From assembly GCA_000165345.1 (NCBI GenBank), contig CM000434.1, forward strand, positions 64,001 to 128,000: a DNA stretch of 64,000 nt. Direction: 5' to 3'. The notes below the pieces were generated by a model. It searched no databases. It was not told where the DNA came from and saw only the letters and a program-made list of their open reading frames with translations. The stretch's first letter is position 1; each line of letters starts with the position of its first letter. Below, piece after piece: positions 11,254-25,839 of the stretch. Both the position numbers and the translations under genes were made by a program.

Positions 11254-13065
11254 ATGAATGAAATTATGTTAGAAGAAATGACTGAGCAAAATATTGATAA
11301 TTCTGGAGAATTATCAGTTTCAGAAATTTCTGGTGTGGAATATATTTTTTTCACAAAAAATGATGAAGCCAATATAAAATTTAGATTAGACAAAATGAGT
11401 ATGGATGATAAGTTATTGGAGGAATATTTGAATGATAAGAAGAAAATATTTATGAATGAGAAGATTCTGAATATATACCAAGGTGGGAGAGTTCTTGTAG
11501 GTATAATATTAAAGAAAGAATATAAATTATGTGATATAATTTTTGACTTGTCAAATTCTGAAAAACAATCGGTATTGAGTAATTTTATATGGGAAGGACA
11601 GTACCAAGTATTAGTAACCAAAGAAAATAATTACCTTGAAATTTTTAATGATGGAAAGGAAGGGAATAATTTAATGAATTTAGATGATGGATCATATATA
11701 AATTTGATAGGTATTTATAATTTAAAGAGTATAGAATGTAACTTGTATATTTTTCAATGTTCAATTATTATTAAACCACAGTATTGGAATGATTTATTAA
11801 ATTTTGATATTTTGATAAAGTATCATCAAAATGACATGTTTGAAAATTCAATATTAAATGATGAAATTAATGAGAGTTGTAATGAGATTGGTAAAAATGA
11901 ATTAAATTATGGTAGTCCTTTTGGTGATTTATTAGTATTGAATGAATTTTCAGATTCAAAAATATATTCTTATTCACTTTCTAAGCCAATATTTATTAAA
12001 GTTCCAATAATAATTTCAAATTATTTTCTTCAAGAAAGTTCTCAGATTTTATTTATTGAGATTTTAAATATTGGTGAAATTTCAGATTCAATATTGATTT
12101 ATGATATATTTAGTCATAATTTGAAACTAAATGGTAATAGCCCACTTGAACTTCCTTTTACATTAGGTAATAATCAGTCATTAGGATGTTCATTAATTAG
12201 AGTAGGTGGGAAAAAATTCTTAAATCAATAAAATATTGTGAAAAGATGAAATGATTCATTTACACCCATATATTCCATTTTTATCAAATGGAAATCAAAA
12301 CAATTTAATTCAAAATTAATTCTTACTCAATTTGCTCTTCAAATCAATTTTGATCAGAGAGTTGATATTATAAATTCAAGAGAAGAGAACCAAATCAATT
12401 CAATTAATGTTAATAAACATGAAAACAGTAATGATCATGATAATATCAATTCTTCATCTTTCTCATCATCATCTTCTGCAGTTTCTTCTTATTTATTTAG
12501 TCCAAGTTCACCACAAGCTTCTGTTCAATCAATTTGCTCTCCATTCACTCAAGAAGTCTGTTACTCTTCAAAATCTAATCTTGAAGAAAATTCAAGTAAT
12601 TGTAATAACAACTTGGAAGTTTATAGCAATAATGATAGTATAATACAAAAAAATGAGAATGATTTGGAAATAGAATCAAACTATAACTTTAAAGCAACAT
12701 GTACTTTTGATCGAATTTCAAAATACCCAGGTGAAACTGTTTATTTACTTATTGAAATATTTCCTATTGAAAGAGATAAATCATTAAATTTACTTGTAAC
12801 TGTTGAGTATGATCAATATTCACCCATTGTTCCTTTGTACGTTTCAATGCCAATAAATTATTTCCCAGAACCTAACTCTTCATCATATTCACAAAATATT
12901 TATGAAAATCCAACTTTATTGTATCCACTTAAAATTTGTAATCCTGGTATTTATAAATGTCCAAATATAACTATTTACGATTTTTCCACAAAATCTAATT
13001 ATACGATTAAAAAATTACCTTTATTGGTTTGCGAATCTCAACCAAACTGTAATAGTTCACTTTAA
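11254..13065 (+). CDS. Hypothetical protein. Supplied ORFs 11254..12231 and 12613..13065 are in the same frame and probably form one gene with an intron near 12202..12357
   Basis: ATG at 11254. Stops at 12229 and 12247 interrupt an otherwise continuous frame that is protein-like from 12250 to 13065 (…NINSSSFSSSSSAVSSYLFSPSSPQASVQSICSPFTQEV…). GTAGGT at 12202 and CAG at 12355-12357 would give a 156-nt in-frame intron. Splice sites are not certain. No family recognised. Confidence 0.4.
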
Positions 13066-13239
13066 AAAAAAGACTAATTAATCACTTCAAACTTTAAAAT
13101 AGTATAATGAAATTAAATGTTTTAAAAATTATATAACTTTTAATTCTGTATATATTTTCAAATTTAATTTAATAAAAAAAAAATCTCAACATTTTGATCT
13201 CTTTATTTTGATTCACTGCCATTTTTATCGTTTTCCCAA

Positions 13240-13380
13240 TTTTTATTTTCATGCAAAAAAAACAATAAATATTTATTATTTTTTTTTTTGCATGCCAAAA
13301 AGAAATTTCAATTTATTCATGTGGACAATATTACATAATACCGGTGCATGCAAAAAAAAAAAAAAAATGCAAAAATGCAA
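13240..13380. promoter_or_regulatory. Motif cluster: CATGTGGACAATATT (13318-13332), ATACCGGT (13338-13345), repeated (G)CATGCAAA
   Basis: Lies between gene 11254..13065 (+) and gene 13540..14537 (+). The 15-mer catgtggacaatatt is identical to 34632-34646. Confidence 0.35.
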
Positions 13381-13539
13381 ATGAGTGATATGAAAAGGAA
13401 AATAATTAAATAATAAAAAAAAATAACAATAATTTAAAAGTCCCCTTTTTTAATATTAAAAGAGGAAAGAAATAAAATATCATTTTTTAGATTGATATAG
13501 ATAATTTTCTAGGAAAGATATTTCAAGTAGAAAACAAAG

Positions 13540-14537
13540 ATGAAACTCAAGTATATTTCCAGTGGAATTCTAATAATAATCAGTTTATTTGGAAATTCTT
13601 ATCAAGTACAATTAAATTCAAAAGCTAAATCGGAATTTCCTTTAGCACTTGCAACCGGAATTCTTGGTAGTGTTGCTGAATCCATTAAAAATGGACCAAT
13701 TGGAGGAGCACTCATGATTCCTGTAAGTTTGGTTCAAAAATATTAAAAAAACAAGTTAAATTAATATTTATTTTTTAAAAAAATTATAGAAGGATAGAGT
13801 ACAAGGACCTTATGATGATTTATCAGAAGATCTAAATACCGCAACCACTGATATTAGATTGGAATATGAATCAGCAAAAAGAAGGATTTCCAAGTTTAGA
13901 GATGAGTTAATGGGGCCTGTTGATGAAGTACTACAAACTAAATTGGCTAGTAAGACTCAGGTATGTTATAATATTGTTTATAATTTCAATTTAATAATAA
14001 ACAATTTTAGTTAATGAGCAGATTAGAATACGTCGGGAAACTACTTAGAGCAGCTTATGATCAAGCTCATCCAGGTAAGTTATTGATAAAAATTAAAATT
14101 TTAACAAATATTAATATACCAATTTTTACAGATAAGGCTGGATTACCAATTGTATTAGTACAGAAGACATCAGCTGATGAAATGTTGTATCCACCAGAAG
14201 GATCAGATTTATCAGAATGTGCTGCTTCTGTCATTGAAGAAGCCGATGAAGAAATTGAGTTATTGGTAAGTTTTAAATTAACAAAATTTATATATTAATA
14301 ATTAATAATCACTTTTTAACCAATTTCTATATTTTTTTTTCTCAAAATGATTAACAGAGTCCACCAGATGTTACCAATCAAAATGAAATTCTTGATCAAA
14401 TGGATGATCAAGAAAGATATGAATATAGTTCAAATATGGCAGAATTCTTCAATCAAAAAGCTAATGCACTTAAAGAAGAACTTTCTAGTTCATTAAATAC
14501 TTGGGTTAACAATCAACTCATTCCAAGAAATGCATAA
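13540..14537 (+). CDS. Small secreted protein (about 240 aa) with signal peptide and coiled-coil-like, acidic C-terminus; 5 exons (13540..13722, 13790..13960, 14011..14074, 14132..14265, 14358..14537)
   Basis: ATG at 13540. Exon 1 gives MKLKYISSGILIIISLFGNSYQV… The four introns all have GTAAGT/GTATGT donors and AT-rich TAG/CAG acceptors (13723..13789, 13961..14010, 14075..14131, 14266..14357). Reading phase is conserved across every junction to the stop TAA at 14535-14537. No family recognised. Confidence 0.55.
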
Positions 14538-14824
14538 TTATGATTAATTACCTTAATATTACTAATTAATTTCATTATTAATGAATTATGAATTTGAAGA
14601 AAAAGGGTAATGAGAAACTTTTATGAACAAGACAATAAATTATTTATAAACAAGTCGTCCATCAAATATAATCACAAAAAAAAGAAAACAACTCTTCATA
14701 TTCCCTATCTTTGTTATTCTTTCATTTTTTTTGATAATTTTCATTTATATTATAAATTCATATTGCTAGTAATATTATTATTCACTATTAATATTTATAT
14801 TTCTTCTATTTTTGCCTTATCAAA

Positions 14825-14893
<69 letters not shown>

Positions 14894-15624
14894 ATAATCT
14901 AATAAAACTATTTTCACATTAATAAACTAAAGATCAAAAAAATAAAGAAATTAAACAAAATCGTCATTAATATTTTCTCACTTGAAAAAAAAAAGTGCAC
15001 ATTTTAGCGCCAATTAGAATTTTAATTATTTGATGAATTTGTGTGATGTGCTGTTAATTAGTTTAAACGAATTTATTTAATTAAATTGAAATGGCGCGCA
15101 AACTTTATTGAGTATTTCCATGTAATGCTATAAAATAGTTTTAGGCGGGAGACTTGCTAATTACTGTTAAAGTCAGGAAAAATGAAGGCAAAAAAAAAAT
15201 AATAATAAAATTTACAAGGGGAAAAAGCTGTTAATTACAATATTTATGTAGTTAATAAATAAAAGGTTTAGTGATCAAATTGATAAAAAAGGAAATCGAG
15301 GAGGAAAGTTGTAAAATATAGAACTTTTTATACTGAAAATATTAACATACAAGTTAAATAATAATTAAAACAAAAGAAAAAAATTGCTTCTTTTGATAAT
15401 TGAATTATTCATTCGATTGGTCTGGTAATGGAATAAATTTAAAAGAGTGAATGGGAATAAAGATTATTTTATTACATTGAGATTGATAGTTTTTTAAACT
15501 ATTTCAAATTTTTTAAATTTGAAGAATTGAAATAATTATATTAAAAAATAATATAAATATTGATTCAATTCATCATCTTATAAATCATTTAATAAAATAA
15601 TTTGAATTATATTTGGAAAATAAA

Positions 15625-18051
15625 ATGTGGTATTTTGGAATATTCACAGCTTTATTATCATCCATTTTGGGTGGATTAGGCGATAATTTGATTAGATTGA
15701 GTTTTACTTTAGAAGAAGAGTTAAACCATAAAGAAAGAAGACCAGTTATTTTAAGACCAATTTGGATATTAGGTGTACTTTTTTCGTGTATATTAAATGC
15801 AATATTAATAATAATTAGTTTAAATTTTGCATCAGCAATGATAGTAACTCCATTTTCTGGCTTACATATATTTTGGAGTATTATATTTAGTAAGTATATT
15901 TTAAATGAAGAAATAAAATCAAGGCATTATAAAGGTACAGGTTTGGTAATTTTTGGATTATTATTTATTATATTATTTGGTATCAAAGATGTACCAGTTT
16001 ATAATGTACATGAACTCGGTATATTATATTCACAACCAAAATTTGTTTTATATTGCTTTGTAAATATTTCATTTATATTAATTTGTACATATTTATCATT
16101 TTTTGGACTGGATGGGACTGAAGAAAATAAATACAAGAATGAAATAAACATAAATAATACATTATCAAATAATAAAATTGAAAATAATAATATTGAGCAA
16201 AATGATAATAATATTAATAGAAAATCAATTAAAGATATTATTATTTTAAATAAAAATACTTTACATTTAAAAATTTCGAATTTGAGAGATTATTTAAGTA
16301 AAAGTAAATATATCGAATACGAAAAGAATGTTTCTGTAATGGATAACTCAGATTTAAATTATAATTCTAATGAAAATGTAATTAGAACAATGGATATAAA
16401 AAATGATAATATTATAGGTGATGGATATATGAATAGTAATTCTGATATTAAATATGGATTTGGAAGAGAGAATAGTATATATGAAAGTAATAATGTGGGA
16501 TTTTATAATAAAATATTGAATTATATTAATAAGATAGAAAAAAGAATTGATATAATTAATTCATTATTTATTGAATTAACAAAAGGATTCCCAAGAGTTG
16601 AGATATCAATACCAATTAAAAGATTTTGTATTTGTTCAGTATCAGGTCTTATAGGAGGATATACAAATGTTCTTGTACAGAATTTGATACAAATAATATT
16701 AATAGATGGAGTATATACTCTAATTCATAAATTAACATATCAACTTTTAATTATGATACTTATTACAGGCTCAATACAATGGGCATTTTGGAATACTGCA
16801 TTATCAAAATATCAAGCAATTTTTGTTGTACCTATAGTTAATTCAGTATTAATTGCATCCAGTGGGTTTTGTAATTTAATGCTTTATTATGACAATCAAT
16901 ACGTATCAAATTCACTTTTGGGGATATTTTTTAAGATGAATTTTCTACTTGGACAATCTCTTATTTTAGTTGGGATTTATATTATAAGCAGAGCAAATAG
17001 AACCATAGTAAATGAAAATAATAACTTGGATAATAATGATATTAATAGTAATTCAGTTAATGAAGAGAATATTTTTGATTTTAGTGAAAATTCTCAAACA
17101 TCGGATCCAATAAATAATAAACTTTATTTATATTTAGAATCAAAATTTTCTAATTTTGCTGATATTACCAGTTTTTTTAAAGCTAAAAAAGAGAAAATAA
17201 GTTCTTCTTTGGAAAGCCTTCTTGGACTATCTAGAAACCAAAATTTATCCAATAATCATTCAACTTCTTCGTTACCTAACACTAAATATTTGAAAAATAA
17301 TAATCAATTCTATATTAATAATACTATTATTCTTCCTCAAGAAGAATATGTTGATGGTCAATCTACATGCATTCATGTGGATAATTGTCAGGCGGCAACT
17401 GCCAATACCGGTATTCAAGTAGAAAAATCTCAAATTAATGTGGAAAAAAATTATTTATCATCCAATAATAATATTAACCATTTAAATGACCAAGAAGAAA
17501 TGGATATTGTAAGTCAGCAAATTATTATGCCAATAAATACAGAGTATTCTTTGAATACTTTAGGACAACAAGAAAATATTACTGATACTGACTATAACAA
17601 AAAATATGGAATTGAGTTAGAATCATATGTTTTGGATGAGTATGATATTGATGATTTTGAGATTCCTTTTTCAAATCAAGATTATACAGGAAGAGAAGCA
17701 ATGATTTTACAGAATATGGGAGGAAATTATCAATATGAAGATTATGTCAATGAACAAATAATTAATACTAGTTCAATGCTTAGTTTTGGGGATGATATAT
17801 TGGAAGAAAATATTACACAGAATTATTATGAAAGCGACTTAATGGCAACTAAAGAAACTGAATATAATGAGGATTTTACTACTAATAATCATAGTCATGC
17901 AGTCAATTCAGGTTTCAGTCATAATATTCAAAGCAATGAAACTGAAGTTAATATAACAACTAGTGATTTAAAGTTTGATTGTAATCCAAGTCTTTCAACA
18001 TGTTCAACTAATTCTACTGTACTAAATTCCTTTATTACCAATATTTTATAA
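15625..18051 (+). CDS. NIPA-like (DUF803) putative Mg2+ transporter with long Asn/Ser-rich insertions and C-terminal extension
   Basis: Supplied ORF starts at TTG 15613. First ATG is at 15625 (MWYFGIFTALLSSILGGLGDNLIRLSF). Matches NIPA N-terminal blocks ([25 protein letters not shown] and …[24 protein letters not shown]… versus …AMIVTPFSGLHIFWSIIFSKYILNEE…). Multiple further predicted TM helices (ICSVSGLIGGYTNVLVQNL, FVVPIVNSVLIASSGF). Confidence 0.65.
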   Translation: MWYFGIFTALLSSILGGLGDNLIRLSFTLEEELNHKERRPVILRPIWILGVLFSCILNAILIIISLNFASAMIVTPFSGLHIFWSIIFSKYILNEEIKSRHYKGTGLVIFGLLFIILFGIKDVPVYNVHELGILYSQPKFVLYCFVNISFILICTYLSFFGLDGTEENKYKNEININNTLSNNKIENNNIEQNDNNINRKSIKDIIILNKNTLHLKISNLRDYLSKSKYIEYEKNVSVMDNSDLNYNSNENVIRTMDIKNDNIIGDGYMNSNSDIKYGFGRENSIYESNNVGFYNKILNYINKIEKRIDIINSLFIELTKGFPRVEISIPIKRFCICSVSGLIGGYTNVLVQNLIQIILIDGVYTLIHKLTYQLLIMILITGSIQWAFWNTALSKYQAIFVVPIVNSVLIASSGFCNLMLYYDNQYVSNSLLGIFFKMNFLLGQSLILVGIYIISRANRTIVNENNNLDNNDINSNSVNEENIFDFSENSQTSDPINNKLYLYLESKFSNFADITSFFKAKKEKISSSLESLLGLSRNQNLSNNHSTSSLPNTKYLKNNNQFYINNTIILPQEEYVDGQSTCIHVDNCQAATANTGIQVEKSQINVEKNYLSSNNNINHLNDQEEMDIVSQQIIMPINTEYSLNTLGQQENITDTDYNKKYGIELESYVLDEYDIDDFEIPFSNQDYTGREAMILQNMGGNYQYEDYVNEQIINTSSMLSFGDDILEENITQNYYESDLMATKETEYNEDFTTNNHSHAVNSGFSHNIQSNETEVNITTSDLKFDCNPSLSTCSTNSTVLNSFITNIL

Positions 18052-18104
18052 TTTACAAAAATCAAGAGTTTTTAAAGAATAAATTAAATAATAGCTTTAA
18101 TTTA

Positions 18105-18784
<680 letters not shown>

Positions 18785-19711
18785 TATTCCCCTTTTTACT
18801 ACTAACAACAGATTTTTTTTTTAAAATCCCAATACACAATTCCTTTTTTTTTTTCTCCCTTAACTTTATTCTAAGTAGTTATTAATTATATCACTCAAAT
18901 CTGAATATCTTTTTTAAGTTAAATCAATATTCCTAATTTACCGTATATCTGCTCAAATGTAAACAACTTATTTAAAAGTTTCTTTTTATACTTAATAAAT
19001 TTGATTAATCCACAGATTAATAAAGAAAAGAAAATCAAGGCTTTTTTTAATTATTAATATATTCTTTGAAAATAGAAACGAAAAAAAATGTTAATATTGG
19101 TAGTAATATTAGTGCTAGTAATAGAAATAGCAGTGTAATGAACAGTGGTAATAGTAATTACAGTATTATTTTATTACTATTAGTAGTGCAGTTTTCCTGG
19201 TATAAATATTAATAATAAAAGTAATATTTATCAAGAAGAAGGAAAAAAAACTCGGATTTACAGTTTTATTTGGTTTTAGTTGTTTAACTATTCTCACCAA
19301 ATAATTAATGTAAAATTTGTATTTTAATTTTATTGATTGAAAAAAAAAAATACAATTAATTCAAGTTTCTAAACCCTCAGTAATTAAAGAACCAAAATCT
19401 TTTCAAACTGACTACTCTCCATTCATTTATTAGATCTTTTCTTCTTTTTTTTTTTAATAAATATAAATAAAATAATAAATTTAATTATTTTATTTTCTCC
19501 ATTCTGCACACAAAGATAACACGTAATTATTACTAATATAATTTTTTCATTCACTTTCCCGCCTAAATTTTTACTATTTTTTTTTAAGAAAATTTATGAG
19601 ATATATATTGTGGGACAAAAGTAATAATATATAAATACAATAAATATATTTTTGAAATTAGTATCGAATAAAAAAAGAAAGGAAATAAAGAAGAATTATA
19701 TTTTGATTATA

Positions 19712-20476
<765 letters not shown>

Positions 20477-20559
20477 TTTATAATTATTTATTTAATTCTT
20501 GTTAATATTAATATTACCAATAATTAAACTTTAATTTTCGTAATTTTTTTTTTTTTTAA

Positions 20560-21982
20560 TCATATTGGTCTTATAAATTTAACAAATAAAGGAAAATCAT
20601 TTATAATAAATTTATCTTTTTGTTCTTTCAATTGTGTACCATGAAAAATTAAANGANNCTNTTGATATGATATGCATCGCAAATCATCATCTATTTGATC
20701 GTTTGTATTAATATTATTACTTTGAATAAATCTAGTAATATTATATTCAGTACATGTAATAAATTCTGTACCTTTAATATCCCAAGATATACAATTTGTT
20801 GGATAATTTGTTTGATTAATTATTGAATAAATTAATATTAATTTACCTCTTTTTTTCTCATATAAATCCCATCTCCATATACCTATCCAAGGTATACCAT
20901 TTATATCTTTAAATACTTGATTTATATCATCTTGCTCAGTTTTATTATCGTTATCATCATTATCATTATTATTATTATTATTGGTATTGGTATTAATATT
21001 ATTGGTATTATTTGTATTATTATTAATTATATTATTATTATTATTATTATTATTATTTATATGGTTTNGGGTATTATTTAGAGTATTATTTTGAATATTA
21101 TCGCCATTTATACCTATTATTATTACTCATTATATATTATTATTATTATTATTTAATTATTATTATTATCACTATAATTACCATTTTTGTTGAGCATTAT
21201 TATTATTACTAAAATAAATAAAAGAATCATGGCTTGTAGCAAGTATTNCATAATTTCTTGAGTAATTTGGACACCATTTAACAATCTAATACATAATTTC
21301 TTAATAATCCTGTTAATACATCATCCTCATTTTTATTATTATTTCGAGTATTAATATCTTTTGTATCATATAAACAATCCCATGTAGAAAATAATTCATT
21401 AGATTTTTTATCAATATTATCATCATTATTTATTTGATTATTATTAATAACATTATTACTATATTTGATCATCCATAATAGAATTTAATTTAATAAAAAT
21501 ACTTATCATACCATTATTTGAACCAATAGCAATCAAATTCATATTATATATATCATTTTCAATAATTGTTAAATTATTAATAAATGAAAATGATGTCATT
21601 TGATAACTATTGATTGATATATTACATGTAAATTGTTCTATGATTGACCAATTATGAAATAATGGTGAATCTTGACAAGAATATATTCTAAAATGACCAT
21701 CTTTTGTAAATACTATCAATGATATATTGATTGTTGATGTATTGATTGTTAATTTATTATTATTTTCATAATTTAATATAAAACTTGAATTAATTATTGT
21801 ATTTCTTGAATCTCTTAATCTTGCTGTCATATTACAAATTCCACCCAATTTATTAATATTATTATCAATATTATCGATATTATTTTGAGTATTATTATCA
21901 TTATTATTTAATAATGATTGTGAGGATGTATTTTCAATTGGTAATTTTAATATATCTCTATAATTTTTATTTAATAACCATN
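20560..21982 (-). CDS. WD-repeat-like protein, 3' portion only (5' end lost in the assembly gap)
   Basis: Minus-strand frame is open from the gap edge to TGA at 20562..20560. WD-like strands include LIAIGSNNGMISIF, FRIYSCQ and WDIKGTEFITC…LIFHGTQL. There are Asn-rich low-complexity inserts. n's at 20645-20655, 21067 and 21248 perturb the frame. Confidence 0.35.
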
Positions 21983-24480
21983 NNNNNNNNNNNNNNNNNN
22001 NNNNNNNNNNNNNNNNNNNNNNNNNNNNNNNNNNNNNNNNNNNNNNNNNNNNNNNNNNNNNNNNNNNNNNNNNNNNNNNNNNNNNNNNNNNNNNNNNNNN
22101 NNNNNNNNNNNNNNNNNNNNNNNNNNNNNNNNNNNNNNNNNNNNNNNNNNNNNNNNNNNNNNNNNNNNNNNNNNNNNNNNNNNNNNNNNNNNNNNNNNNN
22201 NNNNNNNNNNNNNNNNNNNNNNNNNNNNNNNNNNNNNNNNNNNNNNNNNNNNNNNNNNNNNNNNNNNNNNNNNNNNNNNNNNNNNNNNNNNNNNNNNNNN
22301 NNNNNNNNNNNNNNNNNNNNNNNNNNNNNNNNNNNNNNNNNNNNNNNNNNNNNNNNNNNNNNNNNNNNNNNNNNNNNNNNNNNNNNNNNNNNNNNNNNNN
22401 NNNNNNNNNNNNNNNNNNNNNNNNNNNNNNNNNNNNNNNNNNNNNNNNNNNNNNNNNNNNNNNNNNNNNNNNNNNNNNNNNNNNNNNNNNNNNNNNNNNN
22501 NNNNNNNNNNNNNNNNNNNNNNNNNNNNNNNNNNNNNNNNNNNNNNNNNNNNNNNNNNNNNNNNNNNNNNNNNNNNNNNNNNNNNNNNNNNNNNNNNNNN
22601 NNNNNNNNNNNNNNNNNNNNNNNNNNNNNNNNNNNNNNNNNNNNNNNNNNNNNNNNNNNNNNNNNNNNNNNNNNNNNNNNNNNNNNNNNNNNNNNNNNNN
22701 NNNNNNNNNNNNNNNNNNNNNNNNNNNNNNNNNNNNNNNNNNNNNNNNNNNNNNNNNNNNNNNNNNNNNNNNNNNNNNNNNNNNNNNNNNNNNNNNNNNN
22801 NNNNNNNNNNNNNNNNNNNNNNNNNNNNNNNNNNNNNNNNNNNNNNNNNNNNNNNNNNNNNNNNNNNNNNNNNNNNNNNNNNNNNNNNNNNNNNNNNNNN
22901 NNNNNNNNNNNNNNNNNNNNNNNNNNNNNNNNNNNNNNNNNNNNNNNNNNNNNNNNNNNNNNNNNNNNNNNNNNNNNNNNNNNNNNNNNNNNNNNNNNNN
23001 NNNNNNNNNNNNNNNNNNNNNNNNNNNNNNNNNNNNNNNNNNNNNNNNNNNNNNNNNNNNNNNNNNNNNNNNNNNNNNNNNNNNNNNNNNNNNNNNNNNN
23101 NNNNNNNNNNNNNNNNNNNNNNNNNNNNNNNNNNNNNNNNNNNNNNNNNNNNNNNNNNNNNNNNNNNNNNNNNNNNNNNNNNNNNNNNNNNNNNNNNNNN
23201 NNNNNNNNNNNNNNNNNNNNNNNNNNNNNNNNNNNNNNNNNNNNNNNNNNNNNNNNNNNNNNNNNNNNNNNNNNNNNNNNNNNNNNNNNNNNNNNNNNNN
23301 NNNNNNNNNNNNNNNNNNNNNNNNNNNNNNNNNNNNNNNNNNNNNNNNNNNNNNNNNNNNNNNNNNNNNNNNNNNNNNNNNNNNNNNNNNNNNNNNNNNN
23401 NNNNNNNNNNNNNNNNNNNNNNNNNNNNNNNNNNNNNNNNNNNNNNNNNNNNNNNNNNNNNNNNNNNNNNNNNNNNNNNNNNNNNNNNNNNNNNNNNNNN
23501 NNNNNNNNNNNNNNNNNNNNNNNNNNNNNNNNNNNNNNNNNNNNNNNNNNNNNNNNNNNNNNNNNNNNNNNNNNNNNNNNNNNNNNNNNNNNNNNNNNNN
23601 NNNNNNNNNNNNNNNNNNNNNNNNNNNNNNNNNNNNNNNNNNNNNNNNNNNNNNNNNNNNNNNNNNNNNNNNNNNNNNNNNNNNNNNNNNNNNNNNNNNN
23701 NNNNNNNNNNNNNNNNNNNNNNNNNNNNNNNNNNNNNNNNNNNNNNNNNNNNNNNNNNNNNNNNNNNNNNNNNNNNNNNNNNNNNNNNNNNNNNNNNNNN
23801 NNNNNNNNNNNNNNNNNNNNNNNNNNNNNNNNNNNNNNNNNNNNNNNNNNNNNNNNNNNNNNNNNNNNNNNNNNNNNNNNNNNNNNNNNNNNNNNNNNNN
23901 NNNNNNNNNNNNNNNNNNNNNNNNNNNNNNNNNNNNNNNNNNNNNNNNNNNNNNNNNNNNNNNNNNNNNNNNNNNNNNNNNNNNNNNNNNNNNNNNNNNN
24001 NNNNNNNNNNNNNNNNNNNNNNNNNNNNNNNNNNNNNNNNNNNNNNNNNNNNNNNNNNNNNNNNNNNNNNNNNNNNNNNNNNNNNNNNNNNNNNNNNNNN
24101 NNNNNNNNNNNNNNNNNNNNNNNNNNNNNNNNNNNNNNNNNNNNNNNNNNNNNNNNNNNNNNNNNNNNNNNNNNNNNNNNNNNNNNNNNNNNNNNNNNNN
24201 NNNNNNNNNNNNNNNNNNNNNNNNNNNNNNNNNNNNNNNNNNNNNNNNNNNNNNNNNNNNNNNNNNNNNNNNNNNNNNNNNNNNNNNNNNNNNNNNNNNN
24301 NNNNNNNNNNNNNNNNNNNNNNNNNNNNNNNNNNNNNNNNNNNNNNNNNNNNNNNNNNNNNNNNNNNNNNNNNNNNNNNNNNNNNNNNNNNNNNNNNNNN
24401 NNNNNNNNNNNNNNNNNNNNNNNNNNNNNNNNNNNNNNNNNNNNNNNNNNNNNNNNNNNNNNNNNNNNNNNNNNNNNNNN
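21983..24480. other. Assembly gap (run of N), followed by a very low-quality stretch with many n's up to about 24960
   Basis: 2498 consecutive n characters. The giant X-filled ORFs reported on both strands are artefacts of this gap. Confidence 0.99.
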
Positions 24481-24905
24481 NAANTNCCCAGGNAAAATTC
24501 CCAAATTTTAAAAAATTTTTAAAAAAGGATTANTNAAAAANTATTTNCTTNCCCNTTTCNTCCCCGGGGAAATCNAGGAAAAANTCNAAATCTCTTTGGA
24601 AAAGGAAANTTTAACCTNTCGANGGTATCCCCTTTTTTTCCCNTTTTTANNCGNNTNNAAAAAAAAAAGNTTANAACCATTATANCCCNTCCTTGGCCCT
24701 TTAAANTAAAATTANNGCTTTAAAAANTNNNAAAATTTTTTTTTAAAANAANAATTTTNGACNTTAATTNATATTAANAAAANNAAAATTCCCCCATTGG
24801 GGCNCAAATTCTNTTTNTTTTTTTTTTGGTTATATTGATAGTGATAANTNGCATGNTTATTNCAATTTTGNCAAGTAATTTAATAAATTAATATTTTAAT
24901 TTTGA

Positions 24906-25621
24906 TTAATCATCTAAATTAATAANTTCTTTTTGGTNCTNGTTGATTATNACTTGATTCATATTTAGTATGNCTTTTATGATTACTATTTCTATGCTTA
25001 GAATTCTGATGATAATCTTCTGGACTATTATCATGATGTTTATGATGACTACGATGATTATTACTATGACCATGATGAGTATGGTGATTATGATGATAAT
25101 GATTATAATGACTTTCTGATCTATTACTTGATATAGAATCATCATGAATATGTTTCTTTCTATTATTTGAATGATTATTAATAAAATATAGCTTGAGCTC
25201 TCAAATTTAATTCATGTTTTAATGAATTATTAAATAATGGTTTATTAATACCACCAAATATGACTGATATTAATAAATATATTAATGAATTAAGGAATAA
25301 TATAGAGCTGATAATTAAAGAATATAAATTTTCATTTAGATTTAAACAAGATAATATAGCCATAAATAATCCTCGACCAATTGGAGTATAAATAAATAAT
25401 ATATAAGAATAAAATTTAAAACAATATGCTTCAGCTAATAAACTGATTATTCCACTCAATATAATAAATACATTTAATACCATTCTTTTAATATCGTAAA
25501 ATAAAATTAGATCTGATAAACCACCTAATATTAATATTATGAAAAATCCTATCCATAGTAATTGCAATATAAATATCTTGAATGTTGTTTTTCTACTTTC
25601 TGATGAAGTTTTTCTTGACAT
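24906..25621 (-). CDS. Small multi-pass membrane protein (ATG 25621) with a histidine-rich C-terminal tail reached through an apparent +1 frameshift near 25170
   Basis: ORF 25178..25621 encodes about 4 hydrophobic helices (FKIFILQLLWIGFFIILILGGL…). Immediately downstream the +1 frame stays open and encodes …HDDSISSNRSESHYNHYHHNHHTHHGHSNNHRSHHKHHDNSPEDYHQNSKHRNSNHK… The poly-Ile frame listed in the ORF track for the same DNA looks less protein-like. No GT…AG intron explains the shift. n's are present nearby, so a base-calling error is likely. Confidence 0.4.
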
Positions 25622-25839
25622 GATTTATTTATTTATTTAAAAATAAATTCAAAATAACTGTATTTTATTTATATTGTATTTCATTAATTATTTTTTATTA
25701 TATACTTTAATTGTAAATATAGTGTGGTAAGGTTCAAAATTCTTGTTTTTTTTTCTTATTTAAAAAAGAAAAAAAAATCTTAAATTCTATAATATATATA
25801 TATATATATATATATAATATTTGATATTATATTCAATAT

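Noticed and set aside
19081-19200. Imperfect AGTAAT-type repeats with a 16-codon ORF (MLILVVILVLVIEIAV) in the WBP2/Hikeshi intergenic region
   Set aside because: It is too short, has no supporting signals and is probably chance.
21914-24511. Two giant ORFs (865 aa on + and 845 aa on -) consisting almost entirely of X
   Set aside because: They are translations of the run of N in the assembly gap, not genes.
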